This document shows positions 11,204 through 20,273 of a stretch of DNA of 64,000 nt, one piece after another. The stretch covers positions 61,814,001-61,878,000 of the forward strand of contig CM097887.1 in assembly GCA_044892525.1 (NCBI GenBank). Reading direction: 5' to 3'. The notes beneath the pieces were generated by a model. That model did not search any database. It saw nothing but the letters and a program-made list of their open reading frames with translations, and was not told where the DNA came from. How positions within the stretch are numbered: position 1 is the stretch's first letter; the number at the start of each line of letters is the position of its first letter. Source of the stretch: Schmidtea polychroa. Lineage: Eukaryota. A program made the translations under genes and the position numbers.

Positions 11204-13207
11204 AGATGATGTCTGTGTAATTATTGCACAAAACGTAATCACCATAAACATCGCCCATGGAAATATCATAGTTTTTCTTAGTTCTGGCTTAACTCTTTCA
11301 TTTACTCGTCTTTGGGGTGGACTCATTTCTTGCTTCTCATTTTTCTTTTCTGTTAGAGATGAACACAGTGTTTTCCAACCACCTTTTTTGTTTACCCAGC
11401 TCATTAAATATTCGTTTACTAGCCGGGCAGCGATGTCTATCAAATTTTCTAACTTGTCTGACCTTGCGAACGTATGCGTTCCAATTTCTAAAACAACATA
11501 AGTTAAAGCTATTATTATAACCTCCTTATTAATTTCATTTTTTGCCAAATTTTCAATTACTGATCTCTCGCAAAATGTATTCTCTTCGCCAAATTTCTGC
11601 ATCACTTCAGGAAGCCTATTCTTCATCTCTTTAACTATTTCTTTCAGTTCATCATCTACTTCTACTTCTATGTCGAACATTGGATATACTGCTTTAACGA
11701 GATGTTTCAACATTTTCTTAGTTTCGTCGACGTCCTGTTCTAGCCTCACTAAATATTTCTTTATTTCATATAAAGTTCTAACTTTCTTATTTTTGATTTC
11801 ACCATTTATCTCGCCTTCAGGTACAAGTGACTCTCCTTGTACGTCTGGTTCTGTGGACTGATTTTTGTTATCAGGATCTTTTTGCTCATTATCACTAACG
11901 ATTTCATCAATTTCTTTATTTCCCTTAACTTTTTCATCTTGTTCCTCTGTGTCAGGCTTGTTAGACTCAATATTTACTTCTAAACTCACTCCTTTTACTA
12001 CGACTATATGGTTCACTAAATATCCCACTCGTCCATCTCGGATCAAATATCCGTTTTCATCCAGCTCTTGTGGTACACACTCACAATCATATAGGTATTC
12101 ATCATCGTCAAGTTCTTCACCTTTGTACATTACTATAATAATTCCATCTTTTCCCAGCGTTTCAGCCGCTCTCTTCCGCAATTTTCGGACCTTTGCACAC
12201 CAATGCTCGTCTACATATTCCGTTTTGCCATATCCCTCATAATCTAATGCTATCAAAAATGGCTTTAACTCTACTCTTGCCTTTCTGAGCTCCTTGCCCA
12301 ATCTTTGCAATAAACTTCTTAATAACTTGGCATATCTGGTTTTCACATGTAAATATGGTCGTATTGTATTCACTATTTTTAGTTTATCGTTGTCCTCCAT
12401 TTCTAATTTCTCAATAATCTGTAACTTCTCATCGATTTCATCTTCATCTCCAATATATAACGCATCATTTAATTCCTCTAATATCTCCCTTGAATTCCTT
12501 TTGTCTATTATTTTACTATTTATTATTTCATCACTAGTAATTACATTTTCCATTTTTAATTCATTTGTACTTCCTGGAATAAATCCACAATCTACCAAAA
12601 ATTCGTCATTTTCTAACAATCTCTCATTAAATCTCAACTCTATCATGCATCCTTCCTTTTTTTCTTTTAATTTCTTCTTTAAATCATTTACACAATCATT
12701 TGCCTCACAACGACAACATAATACACTTTTATCAATCTCGTTTACTACTTCCACCAAGATGGAATCTAAGCCTGTTTTCTCTCTCAAAGCTTTTCCAAAT
12801 ATTTTCATTAATTCTTTAATTTCTTCTTTATACTTTGGATTCATATTATAGTAGTTAACGCACAAGCTAATTACACTTTTTATCTTTCTCATACTCAAAG
12901 ATATTTGACTTAATTCTCTCAACGATTTGATCACTTTAGCCGACTCTATTTCATTATTTCCAATTAGTTTTTCGATTCTGGTCATTATCATTGTTGCTTT
13001 TTCACTTTCTAAGTCATCTTTTATAACTCTCCTTTTCGACTCTTTTTCGTTCAATTCCTCTTGCGACTCATACATCATGTGATTATTGTAGTCCTCTTCT
13101 GATTCAAACTTTGACATCAATCGATCCAAACGTCGACCCATTTCTCTCACTTCGTTTTCAATTCTTTCATTAAAATTATCTGGCTGAATAAAAGCTACAT
13201 TATCCAT
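11204..13207 (-). CDS. Cargo region of ORF2: two helical + ubiquitin-like modules, coiled coil, Bcl-2-like domain, TM/signal peptide
   Basis: UBL-like segments at aa 148-220 and 316-380; BH2-like LMSWVNKKGGWKTLC; hydrophobic MIFPWAMFMVITFCAIITQTSS. Open and in frame with the glycoprotein N-terminus. Confidence 0.65.
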
Positions 13208-14436
13208 CTGCGCCTTTGGAATTTATCCATATTTCTTGGACATGATCTAGCCATGTGTCCATAACTTCTGCATGAATGACATTGAATTTGTCCTTGTAGA
13301 TTTACTTTATCTCTCTGCGGTGATGGTGATGTTGATGTTGATCTTGACCTGGCAAAACAATTTCGTGACACATGCCCTTTTCTTCCGCAATTAAAGCATT
13401 GTAAGTTATCATTAGTTCTCTGCTCATTAATGTTCGCTTTAGTGAAACTTTTCGCACCATTTCCTTTTAACCAATCAGGCCACATTTGCCTTGGACTCCG
13501 TTGTACATTATTTTTGGACCAGCATTGATTGCTGTCATGTCCCATTCTTTGGCAATTATCACACTGAATCGGAATTGGGCTTCTCTGTACTCTATTTTTA
13601 AACCAGCATTGGTTAACATGGTGTCCAATCCTTTGGCAATGACTACCTTGGATGGGACCTTCCTTTCCATCTATTTGAATATCTGTTGACTTGTTCGACT
13701 CAAATTTGGATCTAAATTTTGGTGATGGACTACTTGTTTGTTGAAAACGATTGTTTCTAATTGGGGTTACTGATCTTTCGCTTGCGCCTGAGATGACTGC
13801 AAACGACTCTGATTTTGACTGTGTGCTTTTTAAATTTAGCTCAATTTTCATTGCCTTTTTGATCAATTCATCAAAGTCATTAAAATCAACATAGCATAAA
13901 GCCTTTTTAATTTCTTTCTTTACTCCTGACAAGAATTGATCCTGCAATAATTCTTTTACCTGCTTTGCCATCTCGGCCTGTTCTGGTTTCACTTCGAACG
14001 CTTTCTCTGCAAGAGTTGATAAATGATAAGAAAACTCACTTACCGATTCCTCTGGCTTTTGTACGCGGTTATAGAATTTCTGTCGCATTATCCGTTTGAT
14101 ATCCACTAGGATTAATTTCGTGGCTAACGCGTCTTTCAACTTGGTCCAGTCATTTGCTACTATTCTTTTATCAATTTGTTGCCACGCTTCTCTGGCTGCT
14201 CCTTTTAGGTATAGCGGTAATCTTTGCACCATTATCGATTGGCTCCATCCATAGGCCGTCGCATACATATAGTAATCTGCCATAAAATCGACAAATTCCA
14301 GCGGATCTCCACCGTACTGATCCACAGGTAGTTTTTGACAACTCGCATAATCATTGCCTTCCTTGCCGTTGCCCACCGTGGACACAGGTGTTTCGTCGTT
14401 GTTATTTGTATTATTGGTTAGTCTTTGGGTACTCAT
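13195..14436 (-). CDS. gag: Gag (retrotransposon capsid domain plus CCHC zinc knuckles)
   Basis: First ATG at 14436. YGGDPLEF..F, RLPLYLKGAAREAW, QKPEESVSEF, QFLSGV; three intact CX2CX4HX4C knuckles and one degenerate. Confidence 0.9.
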   Translation of the reverse strand: MSTQRLTNNTNNNDETPVSTVGNGKEGNDYASCQKLPVDQYGGDPLEFVDFMADYYMYATAYGWSQSIMVQRLPLYLKGAAREAWQQIDKRIVANDWTKLKDALATKLILVDIKRIMRQKFYNRVQKPEESVSEFSYHLSTLAEKAFEVKPEQAEMAKQVKELLQDQFLSGVKKEIKKALCYVDFNDFDELIKKAMKIELNLKSTQSKSESFAVISGASERSVTPIRNNRFQQTSSPSPKFRSKFESNKSTDIQIDGKEGPIQGSHCQRIGHHVNQCWFKNRVQRSPIPIQCDNCQRMGHDSNQCWSKNNVQRSPRQMWPDWLKGNGAKSFTKANINEQRTNDNLQCFNCGRKGHVSRNCFARSRSTSTSPSPQRDKVNLQGQIQCHSCRSYGHMARSCPRNMDKFQRRRWIM

Positions 14437-14808
14437 TAAATTCTCTATTAGTGTTTGGCTTCTCAATTTATAAAATGATCGGGTCAACACAGGCTTTACT
14501 CGTCTAAAATTCAAAGTGTTACAATTACAAAATTTACCTTTCGTTTTAATTTTGACTTTTCAACAATCAATCGTTACAAATTTTTCCACTTTGCTTCAAT
14601 TATAAAATCACCACTTTAATAATTCTCAAATAAATGTTCACCACTTTCAAATAAACGTTTCACTTCAATATTTATTTATTTAATTATTATTATCTTTTTC
14701 CAAATTTTTCCGATACTTTACTAATCTCAACAAATTTTCACCGATCTTTTTATTCTTCGGTATCACGCAAATATTATCACAATTTCAACAAATCTTCACC
14801 GACTTTTG

Positions 14809-14826
14809 ATCACGTCGGGCTCACCA
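14809..14826 (-). promoter_or_regulatory. Primer-binding site complementary to the tRNA-Trp 3' end
   Basis: Minus strand TGGTGAGCCCGACGTGAT, 4 nt after the LTR end CA; 17/18 match to the animal tRNA-Trp(CCA) terminus ATCACGTCGGGGTCACCA. Confidence 0.85.
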
Positions 14827-14830
14827 AATA

Positions 14831-15729
14831 TGTTGGGTTTTTAATGCAAGTCGGTACTACGGTCTGACTCCTTTGTGTTCTTTTCCAAATAAATAAATAA
14901 ATAAATAACCCAACACAAAATCTTTATTGACACTGATGCAATTACACTTTTACACTTGTATTAGTTTACTCACACTTGATACAATCAGGTTTTGTCTGCA
15001 CTTTTCAATTTATTAACAAATCTCACGCAGGGGTAGATCTTCCAACGGGAGATGTCCCTTTCTGGTACGTTCGATTTTTAAATGGTTTAATTTCTACTAA
15101 CTTTAATATTTCCCTTTTCGCTCTCTTCAAACTTCTATTTTCTTTTCTTCGACCAACTGGCATTTTGTTTTCTTGCCAGTTGCTTTTATACTCGTTTAAT
15201 AATTGACTTTATTTTTGCCAATTATCTTTGGTCCTATTTCCCCCCGGGCTTCCTCTTGGAGATCTAATTTAATTGAATGGAATTTGTTTGACGGCGCTTT
15301 TTACTTTTTATCCGGCTAAATTAATTGCCTTCCCAAAATTAGATTTCTCCGGCTAAATTAATTGCCTTCCCGAAATTGGATTTCTCAATTCGCTCGGGTT
15401 TTCCATTGTATCGGGTTTCCCATTAGCTCGGGTTCTCCATTAGCTCGGGTTTCCCATTAGCTCGGGTTTTCCATTAGTTAATTAATTTTTAATTAATTTT
15501 TGTTTTTTGTAATTTATTCCTTTTAGGGACCCCCCATTGATTTTATTTTATTATAGCTGAACTCGTCTCATTATTTCGCATCCGCCCATACCAGTTTCCC
15601 CCAGAAAATATTCATTTTTTAAAATTTTTGATTTTTAATTAATATTTTGTACTTTAAATTTTTATTCTGAATTTGGTGTTTTTGTCAATTTTCACCTCAT
15701 TTTTGTGCCTCCCTTGTTGAACCCCAACA
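14831..15729 (-). repeat. 5' LTR (899 bp)
   Basis: Terminal inverted repeat TGTTGGG...CCCAACA. U3 has a 37-bp tandem pair (15311-15384) and about five 17-bp ctcgggtttcccattag units (about 15390-15476); minus-strand TATAAAA near 15184-15190 and AATAAA near 15009-15014. Confidence 0.8.
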
Positions 15730-16075
15730 ATATTTACCAATATGGGGTATATGTCAACGGATTTCGGATATCTACGGTGCGTTGCATGCAAATTTAAATT
15801 TAATAAAACTTTAACATAAAAGTGCAAAATTTAATTGTTTAGGTCAATACAATATGTAATTTATTATCTTGTAGCTTATAAAGGAAGCTGTGGACCGAAA
15901 AAGGTTTTACGACTTTTACTTATGAGAAAAAATTCTTCTTTTGAAAATAAACAAAATAAACAAAATTTCCGTTCAAAACTTTAATCGCATAATAAAGGAT
16001 TCATAATACATAAATAAGGTATGAAAAACCTAACCCATAACCATAACCCTAACCATAACCATAAATATTGTATGC

Positions 16076-16541
16076 CTGGATGATTCAATCAAGAAAAACT
16101 CATCGCAGGACAATTCAACAAAATTAAATACAAATTAAAATAAATATTAAAATGTAAAACTACCAAAAAACATTTAAGTTAATGAAAAATCATCTAGTTG
16201 AAATTTATCACCAGTAGTGGGTATAGAGATCCTTGAATGCTTAATTATGTTGTAGGGATAGGGTGAATAAAAAGCAAATAAATTAACTGGAAGCTAGTGT
16301 AAAAGTTACGGATTGTGAAATTATATTGCTACCGGTCTTGTTATCATTTTTATACGAAATAACCTTGTACTAATAAAAAATTTAAAAGAAATGTAAAACA
16401 AAATTTGGATTATAATAACTTCTTGACTTTCCATTAACCTCAATGTTTTTTTGGTTGTTTTATTTTTTATTATTTATTTTAATTTGTATTTAATTTTGAT
16501 GAATTGTCCTGCGATGAGTTTTTCTTGGATGAATCGTCCAG
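16076..16541. mobile_element. Foldback/MITE-like element with ~120-bp inverted arms
   Basis: ctggatgattcaatcaagaaaaactcatcgcaggacaattca (16076-16117) is the reverse complement of 16500-16541; pairing continues inward to about 16195/16424. Confidence 0.75.
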
Positions 16542-17350
16542 AGATGAATAGTCCCCAAATCATAAATATAATGATATACAAAGTTCTAACTTCTACAAGA
16601 TCGTAAGCTGGCCACTTTCAGGAAAATACTAATTTATTAATTTAATATTACAATAAAAATTAAAAAATACTATTACAATTTAAAAAAGTCAAACTTTAAT
16701 TAATGCTAAATATTCATTTTTTTTAAAGAGACGCTCTCATTTCAAAAAGGGTAATTTTACTAATTTGATTAAATAATTTGTTTTATTGATTTCATACATA
16801 AATTTTATATTTAAAACTAGACTTTTTCAAAAAGTTATTTCCTTGAAACAATTAACATTTTTACTTTATGATAACAATTACTTTTAAAAGTTTAATTCGT
16901 TTACTTTTCTTAATTTTAAAAGACTAGTTAAATTAAATTTTTGTTAAAGTTCAGTATGATTCAGTTAATTAAAACGACATTAAAAATAAATAAAATTTGC
17001 CAATTAAATAAATATATATTTCAATTAAAATATTTACTAAATAATATTTCACAGTGTATTCGACAAATATTGCAAATATTTATTTAAACAAAAAAATATA
17101 TTTAAAAATCATATTTAAACTTTATTTATTAAAATTTATATTTCCAAAATTTTCTAAGATTTTCTGTACTACAATAAAATATAAATTTAAATTTCTAAAT
17201 AAATATCTGTTCTTTCTATTTTTAAAAAAAAATTACAAACTGTTAATGATTTGTTTTAGTTTTTGTCTGGGAAATAGAAAAAACCAATGGGAAAATAGCG
17301 AACGGGAATTAATGAAGAGTATATGACAAAGGAAAAAATTAAACATGTAG

Positions 17351-18882
17351 TTAAAATTCATCTAAAATAAAACTGTCGAATTCTTTGTCATAACTATATA
17401 CTGTGCAGAAATCAGATGATGATGATCTTTGCTTGGGGTCTCCCCGAGTTTTGAGAACATCCAAAACTGTTTCTTGAAAAATTTCGAAATAAATATTCCT
17501 CATTACCAGGTCAATGTCCATTGTTACACAAATAATAAACGAAATCATTTTCACATTAAATTCGATTTTCTTATCAAATCTTTCATAGTTTTTTCTATCC
17601 TCTTCATAAATATACCATGAAAAATCTCTATTCAAATATACAGACTGATTTGATATTGTTAATTGGTGTCCATAAAAGCTTTCAGAAAGTTTTACTGCTT
17701 TCTCCATTATCGGCATCATTTTTATTATGATTTCTGCATTATTTATTGTGATAATCGACACGGTACCACACAAGAATTTTTTATTATTATTAAATTTTTT
17801 TAATTGAATTTCTTTTCTATCATTTGAAAATTTTTGATAAAGATTAACTTTTTCAATTGTCTGATTAAAACAACATTTTACTGAAATAAATTGTAATTTA
17901 TTTCTTAAATTTATCATCTGTGGCAATTTGGAATTTTTTGGAGATTTTTTGTAGATTGGAGTGGGATTTTCTGAAACCAATTGTTTCTGATTCACACTTT
18001 TAGAAGGCTTATTTTTACGGCGTATAATATATTGTTTAGTTAACATATTACTAGTCTCCTTGAGAGGAATCTCTTTAAAATTATCTTGATTCCCTAGTGA
18101 TGATTGAAACAAATTTTTATCTAATAGTTTGGGATATTTGTTGTAGGGTTGTATGAGAAAGTTCAAACTGTCATTTAAACGGACATTTGATTTATTTACG
18201 TAATTCAAATGGCACTCCACGACAGAAGTTGATTTGAGATTTCTTTGAAAATTCAATTTTCGATTATTAGAAATTCCCAATGAATTCATAAATAAAATTC
18301 GATTCTTTTTATTCACTAAAAACGTTTGCTTCAAAAGAAACTTTCGTTTTTTATAGTTGACGTATTCAGAATCAGATAGACCAAAAGATTTTTGCAAGAG
18401 ATATGTTTTGTTTGTGAGATTTTTCGATTTCCTCAATTCTAAATAATTCTTAGACATTTTATGAATTGATTTTTGAGTTTTGTTATTGATTTTATCATTC
18501 AAGTTATTTTTTTTCAATTCCACAGGATAATTTGATATATTTTTAGCTTCAAGAGAATCTTTTGAAACCTTTCCATAATCAATAACAAAAGAATTGACCG
18601 ATTTAATGAATTGACGATTGATGTTTGACGTTGAATTTTCGATATTGGATTGAGTTAACGGGTTTTCTTTCATTCTCGCCAATGGGAATATTTTATGATT
18701 GACAAAAGTAAGCTGATTCAATGGAAAATTTATATCGCGTTTTCTAACAGAATCCATGTTCTTGGTTTCTTTTACCAGAGAATCATGAAAGTTTTTTTCA
18801 CTTTTATTATTAGTGAATTCAGAATCGCTACAAAATAATTCCCTGTTGGTTTTGCACATTGAACTACGTGTAACTTTTCTTC
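17351..18882 (-). CDS. Large exon of an uncharacterised K/N-rich host protein
   Basis: Stop-free 502-aa frame in AT-rich DNA, with a plausible splice acceptor near 18883; no family recognised. Confidence 0.55.
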
Positions 18883-18952
18883 TAAAAAATTATTATTATT
18901 TTTTATAAATATTAATATTATTATTATTAATATTATTACTAATAATAATTTT

Positions 18953-18954
<2 letters not shown>

Positions 18955-19030
<76 letters not shown>
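18955..19030. repeat. (TAA)n microsatellite
   Basis: About 25 perfect TAA units. Confidence 0.95.
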
Positions 19031-20273
19031 TTAAAAATGTTTATTCTTCCATATGTTTAAAAAAGATTGTTGAATGAGAGTTGATTTGTATGAAGTTAAA
19101 TTTTTTTTTAAATTTGAAATATGTACTCATATCTACATTGATATTATTAGTAGCTAGATATGTGGTCATTGTAAAAACCAAGAGTACGGAATAGACGAAA
19201 TAGCTTATGTCTACTTCGACTGCCTAATCAGAATTAAAGAATTTTCCCAATAAAAAATTATCCAAATTTTGGGAAACGTGGTGGTAATAATATTAATAAC
19301 ATAGTAATAATATATTAAGTGTGTACTTCAAATTGTGAATAAGATTGTTAAACGAGCTGTCAAATAATTAATACCATTTGTATCAACATCTGTGTCTGAA
19401 AGATCTTTTACACAGTCCTGGTCAACAAGGACTAAATACAGAAACAGGTTAGATGCAGAAGATGAAATTTTTTTGCAAATCTCAACGATTACTGTGAATA
19501 TAAATGTTTTGTGATAAAAAACAGTTCCAGGCATTAGACTTGTCATTAATGAATTATGTTAATTTTTATTTGGTTGCTTTATATTTCTTACTTATACCAA
19601 ATACATGTGCCCAGCATCCTAAAAGGTTTGCTTAGTTTTATCATAGAGGATTCATTTTGCATTATGTCACAATTCCATTACAAAATCATTTTAATTAGAA
19701 AGCCACGTAAATAAACTTTTCACGAAATAGAAATATTTAAACAAATTAAAACAGTCAAAAGAGGAAATGGGAAATATTAAATGGGAGAGCAGAATCTTTT
19801 ATAAAAACATAAGTCTTCCGCATAATAATAATTATTATTATAAACAAATAGAATTTCACATACGAAGTCAAATAATTTGGTTATTATTAACAGGGTTACT
19901 ACGACTAATTGCACGGAAACAAATTTTTATTTTTCAAATTAATTTTTATTTGTGCCCCTCCACAATAATATTTTTCATTTTAAAATGCCTTACTGAAAAA
20001 TAGTTAGTTTGCGTTAAATTTATGCCTTCGACTATATAATTCTCTAGGTATGTCAGTATGTATGTTTGTCCATATCGCCTATTTTTTATAATTAAATTAT
20101 TATTATTATTATTATTATTAATTACAATATACTACTTACCTTCGCCTGTAGAGTGAAGAAATTAATATTAATATGTTTCATACAAAATAAACTTTTTGAA
20201 GTCATTCAAACGTATTCAATAATATAAAATAGAGTATTAAAACAAAAGTCCGTCATTTTTGACAGGTTATAGT

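Larger units (their letters stand above)
2280..15729 (-). mobile_element. Large Ty3/gypsy-type LTR retroelement with multiple captured cargo domains; inactivated, 3' LTR not found
   Basis: LTR 14831-15729, PBS, gag, PR, RT, RH, IN in gypsy order. The left boundary is uncertain and is placed at a PPT-like AAAGGGAAAA|TG (2281-2290). Confidence 0.85.

Noticed and set aside
2440-12851. Plus-strand ORFs overlapping the retroelement (e.g. 2440-2973, 11865-12242, 12294-12851)
   Set aside because: Antisense shadows of long minus-strand coding regions, with no motifs of their own.
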